The notes under the pieces were generated by a model. It had not been told where the DNA came from, did not search any database, and saw nothing but the letters and a program-made list of their open reading frames with translations. A program made the position numbers and the translations under genes. 64,000 nucleotides of DNA from Octopus vulgaris (Eukaryota), in assembly GCA_951406725.2 (NCBI GenBank), contig OX597816.1, positions 930,001-994,000 of the forward strand. The letters run 5' to 3'. Position 1 is the stretch's first letter, and every line of letters starts with the position of its first letter. Below, one piece after another: positions 1 to 13,790 of this stretch.

Positions 1-70
1 ACCAAGAAGAAAGAAGAATCGTTCTTCGATAAAATTGGAACTTTAACATCGAAAAAGAAGACCAAGGAAG
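1..70 (+). CDS. Parvin: Parvin N-terminal coding exon (5' end outside window)
   Basis: Frame 1 reads TKKKEESFFDKIGTLTSKKKTKE, resembling the parvin N-terminal motif (KKDESFLGKLGGTL..KKAKE). Ends AAG|GTTCG in phase 1 and joins the exon at 11245 in frame. Confidence 0.85.
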
Positions 71-2502
71 GTTCGATTTATTTAATAGTCATAATAATTA
101 TTATAAACTACTTTAAATATACGTGTCTATGTGTGTGTTAACGCCTGGCATAACTTGTTGCTGCCTGATCCTCTCCAAAGGTGCCAAACACCTTCGCAAC
201 CCACGGCCGCCTCTGGAATGTTACCATCTTGGTTCGCATTCCAATTATGGGCGCGGGCGAGATCCACAACTTTTCTCTCTTCGTCTTGCATTATACTTAA
301 TGAAAAAGAAATTAACGATCCTTAGTTATTTCTCAGAGGACTCGTCTTTATATATATTTATTTATGGGGAGAGATAATCTGCCCTGCATGGGACCCGGGA
401 AGACTTTAGTTCGAACGGGAACTCACTGCACGTTTTGTGTAGAGACCCTTTTACGCATTCGTGAAAGGGATGACCTCTCCGCCGGGCCCTTTCCTACACA
501 CACACACACATGCCATGTACGGATACCTATTAAAAATATACATTTTTCTGAAAGTTATGAGGAAACAAAGCCGTGCGAGTACACTTGTGTAGGTTTGCCT
601 ATTGGCCCTCTCTCTTTCTCTCTCCTATATATATATATATATTATATGTGTGTGTGTGTGTGTGTAATTTTATTTTGGTTACCATCTTGAACGTTGTAAT
701 TTCTTCAAGTTCATCAAAAGTATATTTTCACCCAACATTCACAATTTCTTATTTTCCATCCTGTTTATATTATGTCAACATTTTGCATAGAAATAGGTTC
801 TCACATCAATTTTAAATGAGAAAGGGTATATTTTATTTGTCTGAAATTTTTATCGATATCTAAGGTAAGGTTTAGAAATTCGGTTGATCGGAGTTGACGA
901 CTCGATTTTGATAATTGAAAAAGTTGCTGTCTCGTTTATGATACATTTGGAAAGTGTAGGAATTTCGAAACTTCCTCCATCCCTTCCTTCGAGTTATGCG
1001 CTCTGGTGTTTAGCGGAAATAATCTAATAATTTAATTGACATTGCAATATAAAGTTAAGAGAATCACCAAAGTGTCCAACAAAATAGTTTTGACAAGTTT
1101 CTTCCTCGCTGTCGCTTGTCAACTATTGAGATCGATAAAATATATTTTAGAAATGCTGCAAAAGCAATAAACTGGAGCCGATTCGACCAAACAATACTTC
1201 TTTATCTATTTTTATTTTTCTCTCTCCAGATATACACACACACATACTTTTTGTAAATGACGATTACAAGTATTGAGTTGTCTTTCAATTTAATGTTGAA
1301 TCGTTTTTATTTATAACTTTACATTAAACTGGCAACGATTGCTTACCTATAAACTTATATAAACGGTAATGGCATCATGTTTTAGTTTCCAGAAATTTAT
1401 GCGAATTTTCAAAGCTTTCCGAAACTCTAGCCGTAAGATGCAACTGTAAACAGTTGAGTTTTACTAATTAAGACGATAATTAATGCCATGTTTGACAAAT
1501 ACTAAATAAAAAAAAAAAAGAACTTTCCCAAGTTTGACACCACATTTACAAGTTTATACAGAAAGAGTTTTCTTTTCAAAATATATAAAAATTGGATGGA
1601 AAAGAGTAAATTTAATAAAAACAATTTTTCATTTTTCACCAGATTTACCCACTTGCAATTCATTAATAGTATTTATTTTGTTGAGTCTCCAAAAGGGATT
1701 TTCAACCCAGTATTTTCACATACTTCGAGATACTCCAAAGAAGAGTTTGTGGTTTGACAATCTACCAAGTGATATCGCTTCAAGCATTATCTTTATATAA
1801 CCGTCCAGTTGTATGACCCTAATTAAAAACCGGATATAACAACAGATGTGTGACCCTGCAACCCCCCAACGGCTCTGTTTCTTCATAAATTCCTGAAAAA
1901 TGGATATTTTTAAAAATAAAGTTGAGGTGTGTGAATTATCTGTCCTCTTTCCTATTTTTTTACACATCAACTCCCGACATAATCGTAATCTGTACCATCT
2001 AAAACGTACATGGGGAAATTTTATTAAAGAATGTTCATTTTCCTGAAAGTTATGAGGAACAAAATCGACTTGTGGGAATTAGCCAAAACTCCTCTGCCTA
2101 TCCTCCAAAATATTCTTTTGCTACATCATCTGATATTTATTTCTGGAAATTTTCATTGGAAAATATGCCATTTGTATAAAGTTATAGCAAAACAAAGTCG
2201 GAGGTGGGATGGGGGGGGGAGATACCTCTGAATTTCTGCCTTGAAAACCTTGGTGCCAGTTGGGATCGAACTTGTATTCTTTTGCTGCCTTTAACTTGTA
2301 GATCATTCTACTAACTCTTGCAATGTCCTGTGAAAAACAGAACTCTCAAATGATTCTTCATCAACTTCAGCTGACGTAACTGTTGAAAACAAAAATATTA
2401 ACATAGTTCTCTGGCTGGGTAATTTCTCTTTACCTTTTTAATACCACTTGTTTGATGGAATTTGAGAAATTTATGAAAAGAATGGACTATATTCATCTTT
2501 AT

Positions 2503-5500
2503 ATAATAATAATTACTTCGTTTATTGGCCACAAGGGCTGACAAAAATTAATTAAAACACAGGACGAAAGTTACAAAGGGTTTTGTCCGTTTGCAAAAAA
2601 CCCTGTAAAAATTCCAGAGATAACAACGAAAATATAACAATTGAAATTCCCAATAAGGGGAGGCGCTTCGAAAGGTTACTCGTGGAAAAACCCATAAAAG
2701 CCATGGGAGCCTGGTCGAAGGGGGGGGGGGTAGTAGAGAGCCCCTTTCTCCTTTTATAATACTTTTTTATACTACGGGTGTATCCTCAGAATTGGTCCAT
2801 TTATACTGGCCATTCTTGTGACGTTTACCCACCTTTCAGTAAACTTGCTATCAGACAGCACTTCCCTCTCTACTCTCACCTTCCTTTTCAAGTGAAACTT
2901 GAAAAAGTTGATGAGGCCTTGGCCAAAGAGGAAAGTGTCTGACCATAACCCTTTCAAACGGGTCCACCATACCACCTCTTTCGCTACAGCCACTAGACAC
3001 AGGAAAACGGCCTTTCCCTCCTTGTTAAAGGAGGTCAGCAGGGCAATCCTCACTATGGATTCAGCTGATAGCCGGATCCGTTCTATACGCGACAGTAGCT
3101 GTTCGACATAAACCCATAGTTCAGCAATACTCGGGCAATACTAGAGTGGAACTAAAACCGATCGCATTGCCTGCTTGGTGGAGGGCGGAGAGAGCTTGAC
3201 GGCACTCGAGGTACCAAGCGCCCATTCTCGGTCTGCGTTTGATCCAGGTTTGCAGCTCTGTCAAAGAGACGAGCTGTGGAAAGTCGCGTCTGACAAATGA
3301 CGACCACACCTGTTCACCGTCTAGGAAACACTTGAGATGCCGTAGCCTGAGCGCATGTCTGCACATCAGTAACCACAGCAAGCCAGCTTGGCCAACCAGC
3401 GGTTGGGACAAGGGACGACGGTCAAGCGGTAATAGATGACAGATGCAATGTACGCATTTGCCACCTCCGCTCGACCTTTCAGGGACAGCTTCCTCTCGGC
3501 CCATTTCTGGGTGAGATTGGCCACCCTGCTCGTCACTTCTTCCCAGTTTTTATCCACCTGGAGGTCCGGACTGAACCAGACCCCGAGCAGTTTAATGGGC
3601 CCATCTGTCCAGCGCCCTACGACGCTGTTGGACAGCATGGACTTGCCTCTCCAGGTGCCCAGTTGCAAGCCCACAGACTTTTCCACGTTAATCTTTGCAC
3701 CTGTCACCGCTTCGTACTCATTTAGCGTCTCACCAATCAGGTCAATATGCCTGTGGCTCGACACTATCACGATGACGTCGTCGGCATAGGCAGACACGCT
3801 GTTTCCATCTCCTAGATTGCACGGGATACCCCTCAAAGCCTCGAACTTGCACAGTAATGGCTCAAGAGTCAATACGTACAAGAGGGAGGAGAGAGGGCAT
3901 CCTTGGTGAACCAAACGCGAGATGTCAAACGGTTCCGAAAGGTGACCGTTTACCAGTATCACCAAGCAAATGTTGCTGTACAAAGCAGCGATCCACCCGC
4001 GGAAGACTGGAACGAAACCGGCTGCCTTGAGAACAGCTGCCAGGTATCAATGGTCGACCCTATCGAAGGCTTTACTCTGATCTAAATTGATCAAAGCCCC
4101 ACCCGTGCCAGCGTCATTACCCACCCTCTCTATGATGTAGCGCATGAGATGGAGATTATCGTGTATCGACCTGGTCGGCACGGCGCATGTTTGCGCCTTG
4201 CCAATAAGCTTGTCCACGACAAGCGCCAATCTCTTGGCTAGCACCTTGGCCAAAATCTTCAACTCTGCATTGAGCAGTGATGGGCCGAAAATTCCCTATA
4301 ACGTCCCCCTTGTTTGGGTCCTTTCTCAGCAAAGCCACCACCCCTCGACAGACAAAAGCAGGAATTCTCCTGTTTTGCTGCCAGTTGCAGTAGACGTTTG
4401 CCAACAGGCCCGCAAACTAGTCTGGCATTGAAGTGTAAAGCTCGTAGGGCAGACCATCCAAACCTGGCGATCTATCTCTCGTGCAGCTCTTCATCGCTTC
4501 CTCCACTTCCCAGGCAGATATCGGTCTTTCGCAGCACTCCGCCTTGCTGTCCGAGAGTTGCGGTATGCCGTCCAGGTACACAACGAAGTCTGTACCATTG
4601 TCCGTCCCAAACAGTTGAGCAAAGTGCCGCTGAAACACCGCACACATCTGCTTCGGTTTGGAAACCTCGCGCCCATTCTGCTCCACCAAAGACTAAATGG
4701 TCACTTTGTTGCCTTGCTTTGTCTCCGCCACGCGGGCCCATCGAGCGGCCTTAGTCCCCTCCCTGCTTAGCGAATGTGCCTTTGCTCTGACAACACAGCC
4801 TTCGTGTTTGGCGTCGAAGTGTTGGTCGAGGGCCAACCTAGCCGCCAACACGTCGGTTGCGATGCCTGTCTCAAGAGCCTTTTTTCTAACTAAATCCTGC
4901 TCTCTTTTCCTATGTTCTACAGCTAGAGCCTTACTAAACCTAATTGACTCTACTCTAATTGCTCACTTGAGAGCAAACAACCAGTTGTTGTTGATGATTG
5001 CCCCCGTGAGCACCCGTTTAACTAATAAACTAATCCGGTCTCTGTAAGCTTTGCACACCATTAACGACGCGTTCAGCTTCCAGTAGCCGGGACCCTGCCT
5101 ATCTAGCCTATCCAAGTCGACCGTACAGATCACAAATTTGTGGTCCATGTAGTCAACTAGGTGGAATTGTGGACATCCTATGCTGTCCTTATCCGCTGGC
5201 CTACAGAAGACTCTATCTAAGTACGATCTAGACGACCCGATGCGATTGGTCCAAGTCCACATTGGCACATTTGGGTTGTCTAGTCGAAACTTGTCGGACA
5301 GCTGAAAGCGCCTGAGCAGGTTGGCAAGGCTCTTGCTCCCCACTCTCCTATCAGATGCTCCCTGCCCACCCGATCGAAACGTTCGTCTAAGACAGTGTTT
5401 CAATCCCCAACTAGCACTAGAGTGCATGACGTTCCCAAGAAAACTTCCAGATGCTTGAAATAATCGGACTGCCTTGCTCCTGTCGGAGCGTAGGCAGCCA

Positions 5501-6200
5501 GCAATCTGAAAGCACCACCGTCTACGTCGAGGACCACCAACTTACCTTCTGGATCCAGGAAGACTGCCCTTATTTTCAAGTCCAGGCCCTTCCAAAACAA
5601 CACTGCAGTACCACCACCGCCTGCTCCCGGCCGACACGAAGATAGAAAAATCTCGTATCCGCCGAAAAGGGCCACAAGTCCCTCAGGTCGGAGAGCCTGG
5701 TTTCACTAATGGATGTAGCAGCCATGCTATGAAACCTCAGGTCATTTAACAGGTGACCCGAGGCCTCTCACATTTAAGCTACCGATTCTGAGTTTTGCCA
5801 TGTTTTAAAAGGTTATGGAGAAAAAGGCTCTGCTTACTGTTGTTTGGTGGGGTGGCTCCCTTGTGCTTTTGCATGGGTGTTTCCACCAGGTTTTTGGAGA
5901 AATTTCTCCCTAGCGATCCGACATCGTTAGGGAATTTCTCCTTGATTTCATTATATATGTTTTCATTGATTTTTATGGTGAGAATGTGTGCTGGTGGTGT
6001 GTTGTCTGTTGGTATAATGAAATCTGTAATGTTTGTGTCTGTTTTCTTTTATGTATGAAACAAGTTTTTCGTGTTTATTGCTGTAACGGTGTCTGTGTGC
6101 GTTGGTGTGTGTGGCAGTAGTGGTGGAGAAAGTGTTGTTGTAATAGCAGCCAATATGTTGGTTTGTTGGATATTTTACGAGTCACATTTTACATCATATT
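2503..6200 (-). mobile_element. L1/Tx1-like non-LTR retrotransposon, frameshifted ORF2 with probable ORF1 remnant
   Basis: ORF2 starts near 5801 with MAKLRIGSLNVRGL (APE endonuclease start). Fragments contain SYLDRVF, GYWKLNASL, SPGLDGLPYE, LDQSKAFDRVDH, QGCPLS and SAYADD (RT) and end at 2772. The 3' end has AATAAA followed by an (ATT)n tail near 2503-2526. 5' boundary approximate. Confidence 0.9.
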
Positions 6201-7339
6201 TGAGAGAGGAGAGAAAAAAGTGCAGAATGAGTGTCTTTTTGAAAATTCACATTTTTTAACAAAATTTTGCAGAGATAGGCTTTTGATGGTGTAGATTTTG
6301 ATTATGTCTATTAAAATTTAGAAAAATAACATTTATTGCAAATATACAAATGAGAAATTTGTTTTATCCAAAGGTATAGGTATTTTTCTTTAGAAAATTA
6401 GTATTTATCTCATTATTTTATATAAGCACCAAGAATTTTGAGAAAAGTGACATTATGATGATTGTATGTCTGCCATATTTCCTGATATTACCTGCGGTGG
6501 TGAAAGTAGACTTCCAAAGTTACCTGTCATATGACAACATTCTTGTTGTATTAATATCTGTCCAAAACTATTTACCAATTAAGAAGTGCATAGCTATGTT
6601 TTCATTAAACAGCTGAGAGGAGGAGGAGAGATTCCCCTTGACAGAATGTTTATTGTAGGTGACCTTCCCAAAAAGAAAAGAAAAAAATGACACCTGTTTT
6701 CTATCAACTAAGAGTTTAAAGGTGTTATTCCCAAATCAGCCTAACATTTGCTACAAATAAATACTTGAAACTCATACACTGGTAGTGTTTCATTTTTTTT
6801 TCCCTACGTTGATTAAAAATATTAAATTTCATTCAATATTAGCCTCTGCAAAGAGCAGAGATGTTTCTGTTGATTAGGGTAGAGTAGGAGGACAAACTTT
6901 GGTTATCCTTACAATTCATACCACATCCTCAAAAGAAAAACCAAATTCCACTTGTTACATTTCTTCTTACTCTTGCACCCTCCTCCTCCTCCTTTCCATC
7001 CTCTATTCTTCTACTCCCCACTTTTTCACAATCTCAATAATCTCCACCAAATTCATTCAGTTTTCCTATCAGCTGCCCCTCAACCCTTACTACCATTAAA
7101 AACAATGTTCCTCTTTCAGATACCAAACACTTTATTCTAGGCCAGTGATTCCCAACTTTTTCCCCCTACGAAGGACACTTTTTATTTCAATGAGTTTTCT
7201 CACACACCCCAACCTTTTGCAAGATCTGTCCACTCAACACATTTTGAACCTCAGCTCACAGGCTTGGAACCTATGTTCTCAGCAGAACCTTTAATTTCAT
7301 CTGATTCAACAGCAATACAGATCAGTTCTCTGTTTCAAT

Positions 7340-7660
7340 GTCAACTATGCACACTCGCAGGCGAAGGCCTTTTCCTTAGTAATATGGGAAGTGGACTGCA
7401 TGGCATTGGTGACTTCAATGAGCTCAACATGGACGTAGGATTTAGGACAGTTTGGATTTGTTTAATTGCTTTTGAAGAAGCATCGTTGAGATGTGGATCT
7501 ATTGAAATTGGATGTGGATCTATTGTGGATCTATTGAAATTCCAGAAATCATCTTAAGCCCCTTACCATCACTATTGTAAACTCCATGCACTTCAGCGCT
7601 GAACTGATATTGAAATAAGACTAGCAAAGCTGGAGCTGCTGCTGTTTGGTTGACTGACCT
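7340..7660 (+). mobile_element. Decayed RTE-like LINE RT fragment
   Basis: Sequence near 7590-7660 reads across frameshifts as DIEIRL.KAGAA.G.L, resembling the RTE RLAKASAAFGRL segment. Confidence 0.35.
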
Positions 7661-9583
7661 CTGCTGAAAGGAAGCTCTTGGCCAGCTCAGTAATGCTAAC
7701 TTCACTCACACCATTGAGTTGTTCATCTCTTCCTCTCTACTCTTTCTCCCTTTATTACTAACCTTATCATTAAACACTGTCTTTTTCTCAGTAAGCTTCT
7801 TATATCTAGCCCTCCCCCCCACCACCACTCCAGTGACCTCATCGGCTCTGCTTGAAGATATCTCACTGAACTCTGCTTCATCTTCCCCCAATAAACTTAA
7901 TATGGGGTCCTTGTTGTATGTTTCTGTATCCAAGATACTAACCATACCATTCACCTTCTCAATCCGGTTCCCTAATCCCTGTACATGATCATACCCCACT
8001 ACACACAACGACTGACCTCAAGCCATAAACATATTTTTCAATGTTCATCCTTTACCGAAACCCACCACCCTTCTCCTTACCTTGAATTGTTTCTCCTCTT
8101 ACAATTCTGATACCCCCCCCCCTCCAGTGTGACAATATAGGTCTCGCTTCTACCTACCTCTTCATCATTATATTCTCTACATCTTTCTCCACTTCACTAA
8201 ACCCACCTTGGAATTGTATAATCTTAATGATTGTCTTGCTGCTACATCATTCTTTAGGGATTAACTTACTGTCATCATTTCTTGCCAGCATCTTCCAGAC
8301 TTTATCTCTGAGTAATCCCTCAACATCTCTGCCACTGCCAAAAGCCCTCACATTGCTACTTTGCGGCATTATAAACCCATAAACTCACATTTCTGCTTTC
8401 TTCAGCTCGCTCTATTTATACTGAAATTGCCATCCCTTTCTTGCCTTTTCTTTGAATTTCTTTTCCAAATCTCAAGAAATACACCAATTCTTTCTGACAC
8501 AGGAATATTTACATTGAATCAACAATTAACACCACATTTCACTGAGCCCTGACTGCTGCTGCCAAAGCTTCACCCCTCTCACCTCTTCATCCAACAAGGA
8601 TCTTTGTCTTTTTCCTGCTACCTTTCACTTGTTGTCTCTGTCATATCAATGGACACTCCTCTTCAGCTTTCTTTTCTTCGTGGAGGTACATGGCCTTATG
8701 GTTTGGGCGTTGCACTCACCATCATATGCTTGTGGTTTTCAATTCTTGAACAATTCAGTACATTGTATTCTTGAGTCTCAGAATCAGCTGGGAAGTTAAC
8801 CCTTGAAGGGTCTGCATTCTATTTTGGGTGGAGCGTATTTTAATCTCAGTCACTTAGTTGCCATGGAAACTGGGTTAAAGCTCTGGTTCTAAGGTTCCTA
8901 GAATTCACGGCAGTCCAAAGTCTGTCTTCCTCTTTCTCAAAACTGATCTTTGGTCAGAAGTTCCTTTCTATTGGCAACTCATATTCCAGCACCATACTAA
9001 ATGCTACACTTCTCCTTTCATCACCCTTCAGACCCTCGACCTTACTTCCAAATCATTGACCACTTTATACTCTATCACATTTATTTTTTACAACACCTGT
9101 AAATACACACACACCCTTCTGTGACTGAACCTGTCTGTCTTCTTGGTGATTGTTCCAACAAGCGTGTCTTAGGTTTTGTTTGCAACAACACTCTTAATTA
9201 CTCTTCAAATCCAAACCTGGCTATTTTAATTCAGCAACCATCTCTCACTTCATCAACTCATCTTACTCCAAGACTTGGCCAACACCTGCAAGCGCAAAAC
9301 AAACAAAACACTGAACTTCTCTCACAGATAAACATTCAAAAATGTTTCTCATTCTTTTCAGCTGATCTCACCCTCTTTAATATATTTGCAGCCTCTTTTA
9401 CAGCTTTTCTTCCCTCTATGAACCTTCACTTTCTCTCTTTTACAAGTTTTTCAGTATTTTTTCTTTTGTCTCCCTTCTCTTCATCTTGCTGATCTTTCAC
9501 ATTTTCCAGAGTTTTTTTCTTTGCACATTGAAGCTGAGTGTATATGTTTTGTTCGTCTTCACTTGTTACAAGTGCTCTATTAA

Positions 9584-9782
9584 CCCTTTCGTTACTGTAT
9601 TTCTGTTGAGATGCTCTGTCAGGTTTCTTTCAATTACTTTTGATGATGATGATAACAAAGAATTTAGAAAAATAACTTAGATTTCATTCAGCTGGTGTTT
9701 GGTGGAAGATTTCAATTCAAAACTTATGAAAACAAGACATTTGTACTCAGAGCCAGTTTCAGCTGGTTTGGTAACGAAAGGG
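9584..9782. mobile_element. piggyBac-type MITE (about 200 bp)
   Basis: TTAA|CCCTTTCGTTAC ... GTAACGAAAGGG|TTAA: 12-bp TIR with TTAA target duplication. Related decayed copies near 24590-24810, 27965-28090, 40540-40750, 44870-45152 and 48550-48751. Confidence 0.85.
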
Positions 9783-10849
9783 TTAATCTTATTAAGAGAG
9801 AACATAGTTACTATTACTTACCGATAATGAAACAAATGATAGGCATTGCTTTTGCTCATTTGACTTTCAGTTCATTTGTTGGAGACAATTGAGATGATTA
9901 AATTGAAGAAACCAGAAATCAAATTTTAAATCTCACCTTTTCTATCATATAAAGTAAAAAAGAGGAAATATTTCCTTATCAAAATTGGAATTTGTTATTG
10001 TTAATTGCAGTTTTGTAATAATTTTGATGAGACTTTTACTAAACACTCAACAGATTTAAAGCTGTTGTAACTGGTAGGCTTGCTAGAATTTTCCATTTCT
10101 AAATGTTTGAAAAGTGTTCAGATTTAATTGAAAGATGGCATTTCAGTAAAAATGTAACATAAATCAGGTAAAAATATTTAATTGCTTTCACTATCTAGGC
10201 CAGTAATTAGCAATCAAAAACTAATGAAGTAGCTATGCCAATTTGACTGGGTTTTTCTTTCTTTCTGAGGTACCATGCCAAATCATGATTCAATGGTTCA
10301 TGTGCTGCTAATAAACTTTTACTACATCTTATTTGGTTTAAATTCTGTTTGCTATTTTCAACCAATGGACTCTGGTCATACTGGGGCATGATAATAACCT
10401 CTATGATGGGAGACTTACCAAATATTATTTACTTTAAAAAAAAGTTAATAATCTACTAAGTTTCTAAAATAACATTTAAAAAACTATTTGTGACAGGTAT
10501 ACCATTTGTTTGATGTTTAGTGAGTCTATGAGAAGGTGTTAGTTCATTGTCATCCTGGTTATAGTAATGTGATGTCTTATGTCCCCAAACTACTTATCAT
10601 AATCAATCCAAAATGCATTTCAATTGTGTGTGTGTGTGTAGCCATCATTGTTTTAACATTCCTTTTTTTCATCCTGCTTACATGAGTCAGAATTTGTTGA
10701 GGTACATTTTCTACAACTGAATGTCCTGTTGCCAAACAAGTTGATATTTCCCCATGGCAGTTCGTGTTTCTCAAAGAAAATTGGATATGAATGAGGCTAG
10801 TTTACAACCATTGTGCAATATTAAGAGGAGACCACACACACACACACAT

Positions 10850-10990
10850 GATGGGCCTCTTTCAGTTTCTGTCAACCAAGGCTTTGTTTGACCCAGGCTA
10901 TTGTAGAAAATACTTGCTCTGGTGCTGTGCAGTAGTATTGAACCTGAAACCACATGGCTGGGAGGCAAGCTTCTTAACCACACAGCCATA
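10850..10990 (-). mobile_element. tRNA-derived SINE family A (representative copy)
   Basis: Family motif tggctgtgtggttaagaagcttgc...ggttcagtccca...ggcaccttgggcaagtgtc...gacggaaactgaaagaagccc. Other copies near 12250, 16750, 18060-18375, 26590, 28580, 29875, 32750, 42700, 56240 and 56630. Confidence 0.75.
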
Positions 10991-11244
10991 AATTTTACTG
11001 GTGATTTAGAAGTGAAAAGCAATTCTCCACCGCAATAACTAGTTTTTAAAAATTGTCTTCCTTCGTTAATCTAATGAATTTTTATTAAAATGACTTTTGC
11101 AGATTATGCATTGTACTGTATTTGTTTATGGTACTTATTGTACTGTGTAAAGGGTTAGCAGGTTTAAATTTGAATTTTCTATTTATTCACACCTTTATAT
11201 ATATATATCTATGTACAAAGTTTTCTTCTCTTTCTCTTCTACAG

Positions 11245-11334
11245 TAAATGAACTTGTGCAGGAAGGTAAAGATGCTATTGAGTGCCGGTCTAACTTATCC
11301 AACCTTACTATCGACCCTGAAGGTTACAAACTAG
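11245..11334 (+). CDS. Parvin: Parvin exon (VNELVQEGKDAIECRSNLSNLTIDPEGYKL)
   Basis: Polypyrimidine tract and acag| acceptor, |gtaagc donor, 90 nt, phase 1-1. Matches the parvin V.EL.EEG..AI segment. Confidence 0.9.
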
Positions 11335-11786
11335 GTAAGCTACCCCACCCACCGATTCTATGTTGGTTGCTGCTTCACAGTTGATCAATATTTGCTAATT
11401 ATATGTCTATCATCATATCCGCTTAATGTCTTCCGTATTGGCATGGGTTGAACAGATCAACAGAATCCAACAAGCTGGTATGGTTGCAAGTAAATTTTTA
11501 CTTCTTCCATTTTAAATTTTTACATTTTATCCTTTCTCTATATTTTTCTCTCTCTAGTTAATTCTTTTTATGAAATACAAGACTGGTTGTTATTTATCCA
11601 CAATTTCTACAGAAATAAGTGAAAGAAAAGACAAATCTTTTTCGTCAGATGACCTTTCATTCATCTCTGCCTGTGTGGGAGACAATTCCATCTCCACTTT
11701 CAATCCCACCTGCTTCCAAGTAGTTTCAGAATTGATTTCTTTTGCATTTCGTTTCTATTTATCAAAGTAAATTATTTTTATTCTAG

Positions 11787-11857
11787 AGGAAAATGAGGAA
11801 CGTTCTATGGTGGATCCAAGTTCTCGAGAAGATTACAAAGTAAAGGAACTGATGAAT
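11787..11857 (+). CDS. Parvin: Parvin exon (EENEERSMVDPSSREDYKVKELMN)
   Basis: ttctag| acceptor, |gtaagt donor, 71 nt, phase 1-0. Matches parvin EENEVRTMVDP.SR.DPKL.ELM. Confidence 0.93.
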
Positions 11858-12629
11858 GTAAGTAGAACATTTTAGCTCAAATATTTTTAGAGAACTTGTC
11901 ATTATTTAATTAATTCATTGCTACCTACCTTTTGTCTTAACCCACAATATCAGGGTAATATGGGCTCTTTGTGAATATCTTCTTCAAATTACTCCTTTTT
12001 TTCATATCAACATTGTTCAATGTCCACTTTTCCATGCTTGTATGTGTCACACAGAATTTGTAGAGGCAGATTTTCTATGACCAGATGTCTTTCCTGCCAC
12101 TAACACTTGTTTCCAAACAAGGTAATAGTTACCTTTGGTAAGACATATTTCCATGGAAGACTGAAAATGAATAATGTTGCCTGTATGTAGGTGATGCTCA
12201 TTTACAACCATCACATGTCAAGACAAAGAGAGAGACACACACACACAATGAGCTTCTTACAGTTTGTCTATCAAATCCACTTACAGGTGGCTGAGGGTTG
12301 TAAGAGAAGACGCTTGCCCAAACTGCCATGCAGTGGAACTGAACCTGAGACTACATGGTCCAGAAACAAGCCTCTCAACCACATAGCCGATACCAGTGCC
12401 ACGCCTACCAACTTTTCCTGTATATCAATATTTTTATTTTTTAAAATCTCTCCTATTAATAAATAATTGAATTTTCTCTCTCATTCATATCGTAACAATT
12501 TATAAGACCAACATGTTTACACATCTTAATTATAAAGTAATTTATTTCAGAACTAACAATGATTTAATGATGGAAAAGTGATCTGAGAATTATAGATTTC
12601 GAAAATATTAAAGCTTCTGAAATAATATG

Positions 12630-12910
12630 CAATGTGCCACGTAAAAAGCACTGGTGATGGTGCCACATAAAAAGTGCCAGTGCCATCTAAGAATTTTCTG
12701 TGTTGGTGTTGCATAAAAGGCAGTGGTAGTGGTGGCATGTAAAAAGCACCCAGTGGAGCACTCTGTAAAGTGGTTGGTGTTAGGAAGGGCATCCAGCTGT
12801 AGAAACGTTATTAAAACAGATCACGGAGCCTGGCATGACTCCTGGCTTTACCAGCTCCTGTCAAGCCATCTAACCCAGGCCCATATGGAAAGCAGGTGTT
12901 AAATGATGAT
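12630..12910 (+). mobile_element. Abundant retroposon 3' end with (GAT)n tail (representative copy)
   Basis: Family motif aaaagcaccc...gtggttggtgttaggaagggcatccagctgtagaaac...ccaacccatgccagcatggaaa..gacgttaaatgatgatgat. About 15 or more copies on both strands, some joined to RTE-like RT C-termini (near 21050, 25940, 27140). Confidence 0.8.
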
Positions 12911-13001
12911 GCTTTTGACCTGGGAGTGCTGGGTAGCTGAATGTGGTTAGAGAAATGCTTTAACTTTTTTTTGAGTTTTTTTTTTTTTTGTCTTTTTAAA
13001 G

Positions 13002-13104
13002 ATTTTACTTGGTTGGATCAATGATGAACTTGCTGATCAAAGAATTATTGTCAAAGATGTTGAAGAAGATTTGTTTGATGGCCAAATTCTTCAGAAACTA
13101 ATAG
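13002..13104 (+). CDS. Parvin: Parvin exon, start of CH1 (ILLGWINDELADQRIIVKDVEEDLFDGQILQKLI)
   Basis: Poly-T tract and aaag| acceptor, |gtttgt donor, 103 nt, phase 0-1. Hallmark WIND.L...RIIVKD..EDL.DG..LQKL motif. Confidence 0.95.
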
Positions 13105-13419
13105 GTTTGTTTCTTTTATCTAATTAAATATACACACACAGTTTTTAGGGTTTTTATTTATATCTTGTTGGAGTTTTTTTTAAATAGAAATTTTTTGTTT
13201 GTGTGGAAGGTTTTCCTTTCTACAATATTTTATGGATCACTTTTAACACAGTTTTTTGTTTGATACATTTTCATTAAAAACTCTGGGGTCAATTCTTTTT
13301 CCAGGCATCAATGTTAGATGAAAACTAGATTGGTGAATATATTTTTTTGATTTCTGATGGGGGTTTATTTTACAACATAGACTCAACAGAAAATACATCA
13401 ATCAGTCCCCTGAAAATAT

Positions 13420-13790
13420 ACAACAGCTATACTAAAAAGTATGCGTAACTATTTTTTTTTTATTAACTGATACAGGTCTTTGAAATTCTTCCTCTTAACG
13501 AGTGATGCCTCTTTGTCTGTGTTGGACCCAACTCTCACATCTTCTTTGGAGAAAATCCAATCAAGCAGTGTCGTAGCCACCTGTTCACTGTCACTGTTCC
13601 CCTAATCTCTCTCATCAAATTGTTGTCCCCAAAGATTGGTCTTTACTGGACCAGATATGTGGAAGTTTAGAGGGTACCAGATCCAGGTAGTAGAGCAGGG
13701 ATCATTGAGCAATTCCATTTACCAGTTGCTTGTTGTGTTGTCAAAGATGTGTGTGTGGGCAGACATTGTCAAGGTGAATGTGGACCGTTT
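13420..13790 (-). mobile_element. Decayed mariner transposase C-terminal remnant
   Basis: Minus strand resembles the WE.L.HP.YSPDLAPSDFHLFGPLK...G.QF region, with several frameshifts. Confidence 0.45.
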
